The notes under the pieces: model-generated
Told to the model about the DNA's origin: nothing
What the model saw: only the letters and a program-made list of their open reading frames with translations
Databases searched by the model: none
Program-made: the position numbers and the translations under genes
Part shown: piece by piece, positions 1 to 10,342 of the stretch
How the letters are laid out: each line of letters opens with the position of its first letter
Position numbering within the stretch: the stretch's first letter is position 1
Origin: an uncultured Pseudomonadota bacterium
GTDB lineage: Bacteria; Pseudomonadota; Gammaproteobacteria; Burkholderiales; SG8-39
Length of the DNA stretch: 64,000 bases
Assembly: GCA_903921325.1 (NCBI GenBank)
Contig: CAIXPL010000030.1
Span: forward strand, 10,032-74,031
Direction: 5' to 3'

Positions 1-524
1 TGGGCCTGCAGGCCGAGCGGGTGATGGCGGCTGGCGAACTGGTGTCCGATGATCTGATCATTGCGTTGGTGAAAGACCGTCTGACGCGTCCCGATTGCGA
101 AAAAGGCTATTTGTTTGACGGGTTCCCGCGCACCATCCCGCAGGCCGATGCGATGCGCGAGGCCCGCGTGCCTATCGAGCGGGTGCTCGAAATCGATGTG
201 CCCGATGAACAGATCATTGAACGCATGAGTGGTCGGCGCAGCCATCCCGGTTCTGGCCGCGTCTACCATGTTCGTTACAACCCGCCGAAGGTGGCCGGGG
301 TGGATGATCTGACCGGCGAGCCGCTGGTGCAGCGCGATGACGATCGCGAAGAGACCGTGCGCAAGCGTCTCGAGGTGTACCGCACGCAGACGCGTCCGCT
401 GGTTGAGTATTACGCCGGCTGGGAGACCCGCGGCGAGCCAGGTGCACCGCACTATCGGCGCATCGACGGACTGGGGCGTGTCGAAGAGATACGCGACAGG
501 GTGGTGGCTGCTCTGGCTGATTGA
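1..524 (+). CDS. adk: adenylate kinase, C-terminal part (5' end lies outside the window)
   Basis: The frame of ORF 21..524 stays open back to base 3 ([37 protein letters not shown]..). It matches the core and LID region of adenylate kinase. The P-loop N-terminus is off-window. Confidence 0.9.
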   Translation, partial: GLQAERVMAAGELVSDDLIIALVKDRLTRPDCEKGYLFDGFPRTIPQADAMREARVPIERVLEIDVPDEQIIERMSGRRSHPGSGRVYHVRYNPPKVAGVDDLTGEPLVQRDDDREETVRKRLEVYRTQTRPLVEYYAGWETRGEPGAPHYRRIDGLGRVEEIRDRVVAALAD

Positions 525-537
525 CTTTCTGGCATCC

Positions 538-575
538 CGGCGCGCGCCTCCCATATCTGGATATATCGCGCGCCG
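538..575. repeat. perfect 9-bp inverted repeat (CGGCGCGCG ... CGCGCGCCG) with a 20-nt loop, just downstream of adk
   Basis: Read directly: 538-546 is the reverse complement of 567-575. The loop contains a second small palindrome (ATATC..GATAT). No U-tract follows, so its function (terminator or operator) is open. Confidence 0.5.
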
Positions 576-698
576 ACCTGCAGGATCGCGCATCGCAGAA
601 AACGACAGGCACTGTGCAGCGCCGCGGTTGTTCGCTAGAATGCGCGGCTTGGTTGTAATTCCGCCCATAAAACCTGTATCACACCTCAAGGAGATCAC

Positions 699-2945
699 AT
701 GTCGACCGGACTTATGGTCGCGCTCGTTTGCGCACTGATCGCGCTCGCCTACGGCTGGATTTCGCGTAGCTGGATCCTTGCACAACCCTCGGGTAACGAT
801 CGCATGCGCGAGATCGCGCTGGCAGTGCAGCAGGGTGCACAGGCCTATCTCAATCGGCAGTACTCAACCATCGCGGTGGTAGGGGTCGTGCTGTTTCTGG
901 TGATGGGACTGGTGCCGGCACTGGGCTGGGCAACGGCCTTTGGTTTCCTGATTGGCGCCGTCCTCTCAGGCCTGGCAGGTTTTATCGGGATGAACGTGTC
1001 GGTCCGCGCCAATGTGCGTACGGCCGAGGCTGCCCGCACCGGGCTCAATGAAGCGCTGACCGTTGCATTTCGTGGCGGCGCCATCACCGGCATGCTGGTG
1101 GTGGGACTGGGTCTGCTCGGTGTCGTGCTCTACTATTGGCTGCTGCTTGCCAATGCTGCTCCCGGCACTGCGCTCTCGAGCGTGATCAAGCCGCTGATCG
1201 GTTTTGCGTTCGGCGGATCGCTGATTTCCATCTTTGCCCGGCTCGGTGGCGGCATTTTCACCAAGGGTGCTGATGTGGGCGCCGATCTGGTAGGCAAGGT
1301 CGAAGCCGGCATTCCCGAGGACGATCCGCGCAATCCCGCGGTGATCGCCGACAACGTTGGTGACAACGTCGGTGACTGCGCCGGTATGGCTGCTGATCTG
1401 TTCGAGACCTACGCGGTCACGATCATTGCCACCATGGTGCTGGGTGGGCTGCTGTTCAAGTCGGCATCAACTGACCAGGCGGTGATCTATCCGCTGGTGC
1501 TCGGTGGTGTCTCGATCATTGCCTCGATCATCGGTTGCTCATTCGTGAAGGCGACCCCTGGTCAGAAGATCATGAACGCCCTCTACAAGGGCCTCATCAT
1601 CGCCGGTGTGATTTCGCTGGTCGCGTTTTACTTCGTCACCGACTGGCTGATGGGCGATCTGCTCAAGACCACCCAGTTCGACATCGGCGGTGTGAGCCGT
1701 ACCGTGAGCGTGATGCAACTGTTCGGCGCGTCGGTGATCGGCCTGGTGCTCACCGCCCTCATGGTGGTGATCACCGAGTACTACACGGCCACCGAATACA
1801 GCCCGGTGCGCCATGTGGCTGCGGCCTCTGAGACGGGGCATGCCACCAACATGATCGCCGGTCTGGGCGTGTCGATGAAATCGACGGCGTGGCCCGTGCT
1901 CGCGGTATGCGCGGCGATCCTGCTCGCCTATTCGTTCGCCGGGCTCTACGGCATTGCGATCGCGGCGACCGCGATGCTGTCGATGACCGGGATCATTGTG
2001 GCCCTTGACGCTTATGGCCCGATCACAGATAACGCCGGTGGCATTGCCGAGATGGCTGAGCTGCCGCAATCGGTTCGCGCGATCACCGATCCGCTCGATG
2101 CCGTGGGCAACACCACCAAGGCGGTGACCAAGGGCTATGCGATTGGTTCAGCCGGTCTGGCCGCGCTGGTGCTGTTTGCTGATTACACCCATGCGCTGGA
2201 AGCCCAGGGCCGGTTCCTCTCGTTTGACCTGTCCGATCACCGAGTGATCATTGGTCTGTTCATCGGCGGTCTGGTGCCCTATCTGTTCGGCGCCATGGCG
2301 ATGGAAGCCGTCGGCCGCGCGGCCGGTTCGGTAGTGGTGGAAGTGCGTCGTCAGTTCCGCGAAATCCCGGGCATCATGGCCGGTACGGCCAAGCCGGATT
2401 ATTCGCGTGCGGTCGACATGCTCACCAAGTCGGCGATCAAGGAAATGATTGTGCCGTCGCTGTTGCCGGTGCTGGTGCCGATCGTGGTCGGATTTGCGCT
2501 CGGTGCCCAGGCCCTGGGTGGTTTGCTCATGGGTGCCATCGTCACCGGACTCTTCGTCGCCATCTCAATGACCACCGGCGGTGGTGCCTGGGACAATGCG
2601 AAGAAGTACATCGAGGACGGTCATCACGGCGGCAAAGGCTCTGACGCGCACAAGGCCGCAGTGACCGGTGACACCGTGGGCGATCCGTACAAGGACACGG
2701 CGGGCCCGGCAGTCAATCCGCTCATCAAGATCATCAATATCGTGGCCTTGCTGATCGTGCCCTTGTTGCCGGTGTCGGCTGACCGTGTGACGAGCACTCC
2801 GGAGAAGACCTCGGCAATTACCAGCACCCTCTTGCCGGTGGCGGCGGTCAGCGTGCCGCAAGCGCCAGTGCTCCGTTCCGATGCGCTGCCCGGCAAGATC
2901 GCGCTGAAGACTGCTGCCCCAGAGGCAGGTACGATCAACCGGTGA
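699..2945 (+). CDS. hppA: membrane-bound H+-translocating pyrophosphatase, K+-independent type
   Basis: 748-aa polytopic ORF with ATG 699 preceded by AAGGAG. PPase motifs: [71 protein letters not shown] has Lys in GNTTK, which is the K+-independent signature. About 55 aa of non-conserved C-terminal tail. Confidence 0.93.
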   Translation: MSTGLMVALVCALIALAYGWISRSWILAQPSGNDRMREIALAVQQGAQAYLNRQYSTIAVVGVVLFLVMGLVPALGWATAFGFLIGAVLSGLAGFIGMNVSVRANVRTAEAARTGLNEALTVAFRGGAITGMLVVGLGLLGVVLYYWLLLANAAPGTALSSVIKPLIGFAFGGSLISIFARLGGGIFTKGADVGADLVGKVEAGIPEDDPRNPAVIADNVGDNVGDCAGMAADLFETYAVTIIATMVLGGLLFKSASTDQAVIYPLVLGGVSIIASIIGCSFVKATPGQKIMNALYKGLIIAGVISLVAFYFVTDWLMGDLLKTTQFDIGGVSRTVSVMQLFGASVIGLVLTALMVVITEYYTATEYSPVRHVAAASETGHATNMIAGLGVSMKSTAWPVLAVCAAILLAYSFAGLYGIAIAATAMLSMTGIIVALDAYGPITDNAGGIAEMAELPQSVRAITDPLDAVGNTTKAVTKGYAIGSAGLAALVLFADYTHALEAQGRFLSFDLSDHRVIIGLFIGGLVPYLFGAMAMEAVGRAAGSVVVEVRRQFREIPGIMAGTAKPDYSRAVDMLTKSAIKEMIVPSLLPVLVPIVVGFALGAQALGGLLMGAIVTGLFVAISMTTGGGAWDNAKKYIEDGHHGGKGSDAHKAAVTGDTVGDPYKDTAGPAVNPLIKIINIVALLIVPLLPVSADRVTSTPEKTSAITSTLLPVAAVSVPQAPVLRSDALPGKIALKTAAPEAGTINR

Positions 2946-4705
2946 TGAAGTCGCTGACCCGCGGTGCGGGTCAGCCCGGCCCAGGTTGGCGCAGCCTGGG
3001 CTGGGGCGGGTTGCTCCTCGCAGCCCAGGCGCTCGCCCAGCCGGCTCCCGAGCCGGCTACCGGGTTTGCAGCGCGCCCCCTCGTTCATGCAAGCATCCAG
3101 ATGGTGGTCGCGGCGCATCCGCTGGCCGCGCAGGCCGGTGAGCAAATTCTCGATGCGGGCGGCAGCGCGGCGGATGCAGCCATCGCCACCCAGTTGGTAC
3201 TCAATCTGGTCGAACCGCAGTCCTCCGGCATCGGCGGCGGGGCGTTTCTGTTGCATTTTGACGGTCGTCGGCATCGTTTGGCTGTCTACGACGGGCGAGA
3301 AACGGCGCCGATGGCGGCCACCGAACGGCTCTTTCTCGATGCCGATGGCCAACCGTTGCGATTTGTTGACGCGCTGGTGGGCGGGCGATCGGTGGGGACT
3401 CCGGGCGTCGTACGCATGCTGGACGCTGTGCATCGGCGTCATGGACGGCTGCCCTGGGCACGACTCTTTGAGCCCGCCATCCGCATTGCCGAGGAAGGGT
3501 TTGCCGTCAGCCTGCGCTTGAACCGACTGCTTGAATCGGATCGCTTCCTGCGCCTCGATGCAGACGCCAAGGCGCTGTTCTATCACCCCGATGGCCATGC
3601 GCTTGCCGTGGGTGAAATATTGCGTAACCCGACGCTGGCTCAAGTGCTGCGCCGCATCGCGCTGGAAGGCCCGCTCGCGTTTTACGCCGGCCCGGTGGCT
3701 GCCGCCATCGTCGATAGAGTGCGCTCGCACCCCAAGGCGCCCGGCACGCTCGCGCTGGTCGATTTCGATCGCTATCGGGTGGTCGAACGCGAACCGCTGT
3801 GCGCGCCGTTCTTGCGTTATCGGGTCTGCACCGCACCGCCGCCCAGTTCCGGTGGGGTGGTGCTATTACAGCTGCTCGATGTCATGGCGCATTCACCGGC
3901 TCTGCAGTTGCCGGCAGGGCATCTGATGGCGGTGCATGCCTTTGCCGAGGCCGGCAGCCTGGCATTTGCCGATCGTGATCGTTATCTGGCCGATCCGGCC
4001 TTTGTGAGTGTGCCCACGCGAGCGCTTCTCGACCCAGGCTATCTGGCCGAGCGACGCGCACTTATCGACCCCCGGCGCAGCCTGGGCATCGCGCGCGCGG
4101 GCGAACTGTCACAGCAACTCGTGTCGCCGCCCGGCGTCACACTCGAGTTGCCCTCGACGACGCATTTATCGATCGTCGACAGGGAAGGCAACGCGGTGTC
4201 GATGTCCAGCTCGATCGAAAGCGCCTTTGGCAGTCGCACACTGGTGAAGGGATTTCTGCTGAACAATCAACTCACCGATTTTTCCTTTCAACCCGCGCGC
4301 GATGGCGCCGCAGTGGCCAATCGGGTCGAGCCGGGCAAGCGGCCGCGCAGCACGATGGCACCGACCATGGTGTTCGATGAAACCGGCGCGCTGCGCATGC
4401 TGCTCGGCTCGCCCGGTGGGCCGTGGATTGCGGGCTATGTTGCGCAAGCCCTGGTGCTTCGCCTGGCCCAGGACCAGCCGCTTGATCGGGCACTGGCCTG
4501 GCCGCACTGGGGAAGCCGTAATACGGGTGTGGTGGATCTGGAGCGCGGCACCGAGGCGGCGCGGCTTGCCGAGCCACTCGGATTGCTGGGTCATGAGGTG
4601 CGTCTGATCGACATGGCGAGCGGCACCCACGCCATTGAGCGCAGTGGTGGCCAGTGGGTCGGTGCGGTTGATCCGCGCCGCGAGGGGCTGGCGATCGGCC
4701 GTTAG
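2945..4705 (+). CDS. ggt: gamma-glutamyltransferase
   Basis: Signal-like N-terminus. GGT blocks: SGIGGGAFLL, autoprocessing Thr context LPSTTHLSIVDREGNAVS, GSPGGPWI. ATG 2945 overlaps the hppA stop (TGATG); GTG 2942 is an alternative start. Confidence 0.9.
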   Translation: MKSLTRGAGQPGPGWRSLGWGGLLLAAQALAQPAPEPATGFAARPLVHASIQMVVAAHPLAAQAGEQILDAGGSAADAAIATQLVLNLVEPQSSGIGGGAFLLHFDGRRHRLAVYDGRETAPMAATERLFLDADGQPLRFVDALVGGRSVGTPGVVRMLDAVHRRHGRLPWARLFEPAIRIAEEGFAVSLRLNRLLESDRFLRLDADAKALFYHPDGHALAVGEILRNPTLAQVLRRIALEGPLAFYAGPVAAAIVDRVRSHPKAPGTLALVDFDRYRVVEREPLCAPFLRYRVCTAPPPSSGGVVLLQLLDVMAHSPALQLPAGHLMAVHAFAEAGSLAFADRDRYLADPAFVSVPTRALLDPGYLAERRALIDPRRSLGIARAGELSQQLVSPPGVTLELPSTTHLSIVDREGNAVSMSSSIESAFGSRTLVKGFLLNNQLTDFSFQPARDGAAVANRVEPGKRPRSTMAPTMVFDETGALRMLLGSPGGPWIAGYVAQALVLRLAQDQPLDRALAWPHWGSRNTGVVDLERGTEAARLAEPLGLLGHEVRLIDMASGTHAIERSGGQWVGAVDPRREGLAIGR

Positions 4706-4777
4706 TGAGTCACGTGGTGCCGGTGAACGACAAGTGTTTCGGGATATGCCGCGAGGGGCTGGCGATCGGCCGTTAGT
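4677..4777. repeat. 30-nt perfect direct repeat (two copies, 71-nt period) duplicating the 3' end of ggt
   Basis: GCCGCGAGGGGCTGGCGATCGGCCGTTAGT occurs at 4677-4706 and again at 4748-4777, separated by a 41-nt unique spacer. Confidence 0.9.
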
Positions 4778-5754
4778 CAGCCTCTCTGCCAGCGTAGTTG
4801 CGGATGATCGAGGGCGTGCAGCACGCCGTCGAGCAAGCTGCTCTCCAGTGCGTCATCCAGACAATCCAGGATGTTGATCGCGGGCATGCCGCGCAGCCAG
4901 GTGAGCTGGCGCTTGGCGAGTTGGCGCGTGGCATACACACCGCGCTCAAGCAAGTCCTGACGATCGATGTCACCGTCCAGATAGTGCCAGGCTTGGCGAT
5001 AGCCGACGCAACGCATGGAGGGCAGATCAGCGCTGAGAGGATAACGCTCGCGCAGTGCGACCAGTTCTTCAACGAGGCCCGCAGCGAGCATCAGGTGAAA
5101 CCGTCGCTCGATGCGCTCGTGCAGTACAGCGCGGTCACTCGGGACGAGGGCGATGGACAGCCACGGAATGCTTTGATCCAGAGCCAATGGGCGTGCCGCC
5201 CTGCTTTGCGCGAAGAGTGTCGACATCGGGACACCGCTCACTCGAAAGACTTCCAGGGCACGCTGCACCCGTTGCGCGTCATTTCGATCGAGCCGCGCCG
5301 CAGTCAGAGGATCGATGCGCGCGAGTTCTTCATGCAGCGCCGGCCAGCCGCGTGTCTGTGCCTCGCGTTCAAGCGCCAATCGAATGTCCGGATCGGCCGC
5401 CGGCATTTCAGCCAGTCCTTCGCGCAGCGCCTTGAAATAGAGCAGTGTGCCGCCCACCAGCAGGGGGATATGTCCGCGCGTGCGAATTGCCTCAATGGCG
5501 CGCGTTGCGTCCTGCGCGAAGCGGGCGGCTGAATACGCCGCGGTGGGTTCCACCAGATCAATCAGGTGATGCGGCACCTGGTTGCGTTCGGCTGCGCCCG
5601 GCTTGGCGGTGCCAATATCCATGCCCTGGTACACCTGCGCTGAATCGACGCTCACGATCTCCACGGGAAGGCGCTCGGCGAGCGCCAGCGCGCAGCGTGA
5701 CTTGCCGCTAGCCGTTGGCCCCATCAACGCAATAACCGGAAGTTGCGCGACCAC
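4777..5754 (-). CDS. miaA: tRNA dimethylallyltransferase
   Basis: P-loop MGPTASGKS and IPPT-family blocks (VSVDSAQVYQGMDIGTAKP, HHLIDL, GGTLLYFKAL). The GTG start directly follows the mutL stop. mutL-miaA order as in enterobacteria. Confidence 0.92.
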   Translation of the reverse strand: MVAQLPVIALMGPTASGKSRCALALAERLPVEIVSVDSAQVYQGMDIGTAKPGAAERNQVPHHLIDLVEPTAAYSAARFAQDATRAIEAIRTRGHIPLLVGGTLLYFKALREGLAEMPAADPDIRLALEREAQTRGWPALHEELARIDPLTAARLDRNDAQRVQRALEVFRVSGVPMSTLFAQSRAARPLALDQSIPWLSIALVPSDRAVLHERIERRFHLMLAAGLVEELVALRERYPLSADLPSMRCVGYRQAWHYLDGDIDRQDLLERGVYATRQLAKRQLTWLRGMPAINILDCLDDALESSLLDGVLHALDHPQLRWQRG

Positions 5755-7695
5755 TTAACGCCCGCGCATGAACAGGCGATCCAGATCGGTAAGCGAGAGC
5801 TGATACCACGTTGGGCGCCCGTGATTGCATTGGCCGGCTCGTTCGGTGGCTTCCATGTCGCGCAACAGGCCGTTCATCTCGGCGAGGGTGAGCTGACGAT
5901 GGGCGCGTACCGCGCCGTGGCAGGCCATTCCCGAGAGCAGTTCGTGCTGTCGCAACGCGAGTGCCTGCGTCGCCCCCACGGCGCGGATGTCCGAGAGCAC
6001 TGCGCGGGCGAGGGCAGGCAGATCACCGTTGGAGAGCAGCGCGGGCACCTCGCGCACCGCGATGCTGGCCGGACCGGCGGCACTCATGGAAAATCCGAGT
6101 TGCGCCAGTGCATCCCCGGCATCCTCGAGCGTGGCCAGATCGATCGGCTCAGCATGCAGAACCACCGGAATGAGCAGCTGCTGGCGCGCCATCGCGCCCC
6201 TATCGAGTGCCTGCTTCAATCGCTCGTACACGATGCGCTCATGCGCAGCGTGCATATCGATGAGTACGAGGCCGGCGCTGTTTTGCGCGAGGATATAGAT
6301 GCCGTGCAACTGGCCAAGGGCATGACCCAGTGGCGCGTCACCGGCGCCCGCGTCGGGCAGATCAATTGCGCCTGCGCTGCCGCCGGCAGTCGTCGGATGG
6401 GCAGGGGCCAGCATAGAGGCGCGCCGTTGATCGAACATGGCCAGATAGCGCGCGCTCGATTGCTCGACACCGGGTGTGCTCGATTGGGCGTGCACGGCAG
6501 TGTAAGGCACGCCTGCCCCGCTCTCGCGGTGTGCAGGGTCGCGGCCACCCGCATTGCCCGAGGCTCCCGAGTCTGATAGCCAAACGCTCTGCGGAGGTGC
6601 CCAGGCAAGGCCAGCCTGGGTATCGGTGGCGAACTGCCCGACACCGCGCAGCGCCGGATTGAGCGTGCCATCGGGATTCAGATCGGCACGCGGCCGCGGC
6701 AGGTCGCCCACTCGTCCGGCGAGCGTCTGCTGCAACACATGCAGTACGAACTGATGAATCGCGCGGCTTTCACGAAAGCGGACTTCGGTCTTCGCCGGGT
6801 GCACATTCACATCAACCGCGCCCGGGTCCAGTGTGAGCTGGAGAAAATAGGCCGGTTGGCGATCACCGTGCAATTGGTCGCTATAGGCCCCGCGAATGGC
6901 GTGGCTTACGACCTTGTCGCGGATGAAGCGGCCATTCAAGTAAAAATACTGGGCACCCCGGGTGGCGCGCGCATCAGCGGGCGAGCCAGCCAGGCCATAC
7001 AGATGCAAGGTATCGGCGTGCACATCGACCGGTCGGGCATTGGTCACGAACGCCGCGCCGAGAATGGCGGCAGCCCGACTTGTCACGTCACCGCGTGGAT
7101 AGTGGGCGGTAACGCGATCATTGTGCTTGAGTGAAAACGCAATGGCGGGCTTGGCGAGCGCAATGCGCTGAAAGACCTCCAGGCAGTGCGCATACTCAGT
7201 GGCCTCGGAACGCAGGAATTTGCGTCGCGCCGGGGTGTTGAAATATAAATCGGCCACCTCGACCGTAGTGCCTTGCGCATGTGCCACTGGTTCGATCGGC
7301 TCAGGTGCCCCCCCATCGGCACGAATGCGAAACGCGCGCTGGGCGTCGCGCGCTTGCGTGGCCACGCTCACCCGGGCCACCGAGGCAATGCTCGCCAGCG
7401 CCTCGCCGCGAAAACCCATGGTCATCACGCTCTCAAGGTCAGCAAGCGAGCGGATCTTGCTGGTGGCATGGCGTGCCAGTGCCAGTGGCAAATCATCGGC
7501 GGCGATACCGATCCCGTCGTCATTGACGCGGATGAGCTTCACGCCACCGGCGAGCAGATTGACGCTGATCGCCTGCGGCGCGGCGTCGAGACTGTTTTCG
7601 AGTAATTCCTTGAGCACTGAGGCGGGTCGTTCGACCACCTCGCCGGCTGCGATCTGGCTGATCAGCCGATCATCGAGAAGCTGGATTCGGGACAT
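5755..7695 (-). CDS. mutL: DNA mismatch repair protein MutL
   Basis: GHKL ATPase N-terminus (IAAGEVVERPASVLKELLENSLDA, DDGIGI, GFRGEALASI), low-complexity linker and C-terminal dimerisation domain (QLHGIYILAQN..LVLIDMHAAHERI). Confidence 0.93.
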   Translation of the reverse strand: MSRIQLLDDRLISQIAAGEVVERPASVLKELLENSLDAAPQAISVNLLAGGVKLIRVNDDGIGIAADDLPLALARHATSKIRSLADLESVMTMGFRGEALASIASVARVSVATQARDAQRAFRIRADGGAPEPIEPVAHAQGTTVEVADLYFNTPARRKFLRSEATEYAHCLEVFQRIALAKPAIAFSLKHNDRVTAHYPRGDVTSRAAAILGAAFVTNARPVDVHADTLHLYGLAGSPADARATRGAQYFYLNGRFIRDKVVSHAIRGAYSDQLHGDRQPAYFLQLTLDPGAVDVNVHPAKTEVRFRESRAIHQFVLHVLQQTLAGRVGDLPRPRADLNPDGTLNPALRGVGQFATDTQAGLAWAPPQSVWLSDSGASGNAGGRDPAHRESGAGVPYTAVHAQSSTPGVEQSSARYLAMFDQRRASMLAPAHPTTAGGSAGAIDLPDAGAGDAPLGHALGQLHGIYILAQNSAGLVLIDMHAAHERIVYERLKQALDRGAMARQQLLIPVVLHAEPIDLATLEDAGDALAQLGFSMSAAGPASIAVREVPALLSNGDLPALARAVLSDIRAVGATQALALRQHELLSGMACHGAVRAHRQLTLAEMNGLLRDMEATERAGQCNHGRPTWYQLSLTDLDRLFMRGR

Positions 7696-7845
7696 GCACG
7701 ATTATAGGCAGTCTGGTCAGTCATCGCATCACGGGAAAGACGATCGGGTAATTGGCCGCATTGTGTGGCGGGCAGTCCGGTGGGGAGCGCGCCCGATCGC
7801 GCGATAGCGAGTCGCGCGCGCGATCGGATCACGTAGAATCGACCG

Positions 7846-8475
7846 ATGGATATTCTCACGCACCTGCTCGAGCTCATCGTTCACCTCGATCAGCATCTGG
7901 GCGATCTGGTCCGCAGCTACGGGCTGTGGATCTACGGCATCATCTTTCTGATCATTTTCTGCGAAACCGGCCTGATCATCGCGCCGTTTCTGCCCGGTGA
8001 CTCGCTGTTGTTTGTGGCCGGCGGGCTGTGGGCCGCCAGTGACATGAATCCGCATGTGTTGTCGGCAGTCATCGTGGCTGCCGCCTTTTGCGGGGATAAC
8101 CTTAACTATTCGGTGGGGCGTTTTCTGGGGCTGCGGGTGTTGCGCGGCAAGGGGCGTTTCTTCAATCGTGAGGCACTCGATCGCACGCGCGGCTTCTACG
8201 CCCGCCATGGGGGCAAGACGGTGATCATGGCCCGCTTCATCCCGATCATTCGCACCTTTGCGCCGTTCGTTGCCGGGGTTGGGCGGATGCACTACGGGCG
8301 ATATCTCGCATTTTCGGTGCTCGCCTCACTGATCTGGGTTGGTATTCTGGTCTATGCCGGTGTGTACTTCGGCAATGTCCCGGTGGTGAAGAATAATTTT
8401 TCGTTGGTGATCCTGCTGGTGATCGGGGTCTCGTTCATTCCAGTCGTGGTCGCCGCGCTGCGTCGGCGGCGCTGA
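7846..8475 (+). CDS. DedA family inner-membrane protein
   Basis: 209-aa membrane ORF with the DedA/SNARE-associated signature region (PFLPGDSLLF..G, HGGKTVIMARFIPIIRTFAPFVAG). Confidence 0.85.
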   Translation: MDILTHLLELIVHLDQHLGDLVRSYGLWIYGIIFLIIFCETGLIIAPFLPGDSLLFVAGGLWAASDMNPHVLSAVIVAAAFCGDNLNYSVGRFLGLRVLRGKGRFFNREALDRTRGFYARHGGKTVIMARFIPIIRTFAPFVAGVGRMHYGRYLAFSVLASLIWVGILVYAGVYFGNVPVVKNNFSLVILLVIGVSFIPVVVAALRRRR

Positions 8476-8620
8476 GCGGCTCGTTACGATCGTGGTTGCA
8501 GCGGTGCACCGCGGGCACCGAATCGTTCGTTGCCCCACTGTCTGAATTGAGTTGCAACCCGCTCGCTGCCGCTCCCCGAGGGGCTACTGCCTTTGCACGA
8601 TCAGCAGGCGCGCGCAGTAC

Positions 8621-10342
8621 TCAGCGATCGTTGACCGCTACGTTCTGCTGCGCAAGGGGCGGCGTTTTGGCGAAGTAGAGCTTCACCCCCGAGACGATTG
8701 CCGTAGCAAGCTTGGTTTGATACGCGGCGTCGGACAGGCGGCGCTCTTCGCCTGGATTGGAAATGAACGCAGTCTCGACCAGGATGGAGGGCACATCGGG
8801 TGACTTGAGGACCGCAAAGCCGGCTTGTTCGACATGCGGTTTGTGCAGGTGATTGACGCTACCCAATTCGCGCAACACCAGTGCCGCAAGTTTCTTGCTA
8901 TCGGAGATGGTCGCGGCCATCGACAGATCAAACAGGGTTTGCGCCAGCGTCGCGTCATGACTGGAAAATCCTGCACCACCGATCAGATCGGCATTGTTCT
9001 CCTTGCGTGCGAGCCAGCGTGCGGACAGGCTGGTTGCACCGCGCTCGGAGAGCGCAAACACCGAGGAGCCGCTGGCATCCGGGCGATCAAACGAGTCGGC
9101 ATGGATTGACACGAAAAGATCTGCGTGGGCACGGCGGGCTTTATCCACCCGCTCACTGAGTGGAATGAAATAGTCGCTGTCGCGGGTCAGCACCGCTCGC
9201 ATCATGGGTTGTTGGTCAATGGCGGCTTTCACCTTGCGCGCAATCGACAGCGTGACGTCCTTTTCGTGAGAGCCGCGGCGTCCCAATGCACCGGGGTCCT
9301 CGCCGCCATGGCCGGCATCAACCACGATCGTGACCATGCGCGGCAACCCGCCTTGAGCGCGCGCGGTCGTTCCACCCGCAAAGTTGGTTGCCGGCACCGC
9401 GGTCGTGACACTTGCATTTGCGGTCGTGACACCAGAATTTGCATTCGTGATACCAGTGTTCACAGTCGTGATACTAGTGTTGGCAGTCGTGATGCCAGTG
9501 TTTGCGGTGGCTGGCACCGCAGCCTGCGCGCTGGGTCCTCCACCTGCCGATTCCCGGACTATCGCGTCGCGACTGCCCGTCTCGCGCGCCCCCGCTTCCT
9601 GGCGGCGTGTGTCCTTGCCGCCCGTGCCGTTGTTCGCGTTTGACTCCGGACCGGTACGTACCGCTGCCGTTGCGCCCACCGGCCTGGCCGATGAGTTTGG
9701 CATGATCGCGGCAACGTTCGCTGCGATGGCGGATTGAGCAGCCGGTGGCGTGATTGCGCCGCCCGGGGACGGATTGTTCGCCCCGGCAATCAGCGTCTCC
9801 GCCGGCCGTACGGGCGCGACTGGCGGCGTCGTAACCGGTTCGCGGACCGGTCCGTTGTGGATCAGATCGGCCAACGGGTCGGGCGGATCCACCGGGTGCA
9901 CGTCAAGAACCAGGCGATACTGATATTGGCCGACCGGCTTCAGGGCGAAGGACACCGGCTTGGCTTGTCCGCGCAAATCAAACACGATACGGCTTACATC
10001 GGGTTTGAAACGCCCGAGGCGCACCATGCGAATGTAAGGGTCCTGGTCAAAATTTCGACTGGCGAACATTGCTCGCAGCGAGTCAAACTCGACATTGTTC
10101 AGATCGAGCACCACCCGGTTGGGCTCGCTGATCAGCGAAATCGCATATTCCAGCGGTTTGGCCGTCTCGATGGTGATGCGGCTGTAATCATTCGATGGCC
10201 ACACCCGCACGGCCTTGACCGGCTCAGGCGCGGGCGCGGACTCAAGTGCCTGGGCCGGCGAGGCGAGGAGGCATGCCAAGGCGAGCGCGATAGTGGCGCT
10301 CAAGCCGTGTGCCCAATCTCCCGCTGTAGCCGCTCTAAGCAT
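8621..10342 (-). CDS. N-acetylmuramoyl-L-alanine amidase (AMIN domain + long linker + Amidase_3 domain, AmiB/AmiC type)
   Basis: Signal peptide; AMIN-like N-terminal domain (VRVWPSNDYSRITIE..VVLDL); about 200-aa Ala/Thr/Pro-rich linker; catalytic domain (IVVDAGHGGEDPGA, DLFVSIHADS, PSILVETAFISNP). Confidence 0.88.
   Translation of the reverse strand: MLRAATAGDWAHGLSATIALALACLLASPAQALESAPAPEPVKAVRVWPSNDYSRITIETAKPLEYAISLISEPNRVVLDLNNVEFDSLRAMFASRNFDQDPYIRMVRLGRFKPDVSRIVFDLRGQAKPVSFALKPVGQYQYRLVLDVHPVDPPDPLADLIHNGPVREPVTTPPVAPVRPAETLIAGANNPSPGGAITPPAAQSAIAANVAAIMPNSSARPVGATAAVRTGPESNANNGTGGKDTRRQEAGARETGSRDAIVRESAGGGPSAQAAVPATANTGITTANTSITTVNTGITNANSGVTTANASVTTAVPATNFAGGTTARAQGGLPRMVTIVVDAGHGGEDPGALGRRGSHEKDVTLSIARKVKAAIDQQPMMRAVLTRDSDYFIPLSERVDKARRAHADLFVSIHADSFDRPDASGSSVFALSERGATSLSARWLARKENNADLIGGAGFSSHDATLAQTLFDLSMAATISDSKKLAALVLRELGSVNHLHKPHVEQAGFAVLKSPDVPSILVETAFISNPGEERRLSDAAYQTKLATAIVSGVKLYFAKTPPLAQQNVAVNDR
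9401..9505 (-). repeat. five tandem 21-bp units inside the amidase linker (heptad TTAN(T/S)GI-like repeats)
   Basis: Units read at 9401, 9422, 9443, 9464 and 9485 (GGTCGTGACA..TTTGC and variants). They translate on the minus strand to ANTGITTANTSITTVNTGITNANSGVTTANASVTTA. Confidence 0.85.

Noticed and set aside
538-575. Rho-independent terminator after adk
   Set aside because: The 9-bp GC stem is real, but the loop is 20 nt and no U-tract follows. It is kept as an inverted repeat of unknown function rather than a terminator call.
2624-3730. 368-aa ORF on the minus strand across the hppA/ggt junction
   Set aside because: It is antisense to two well-supported genes at once and has no recognisable domain. 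It is a shadow ORF. The same holds for 9734-10771, 13909-14961, 27206-28030, 56021-56773 and 58416-59393.
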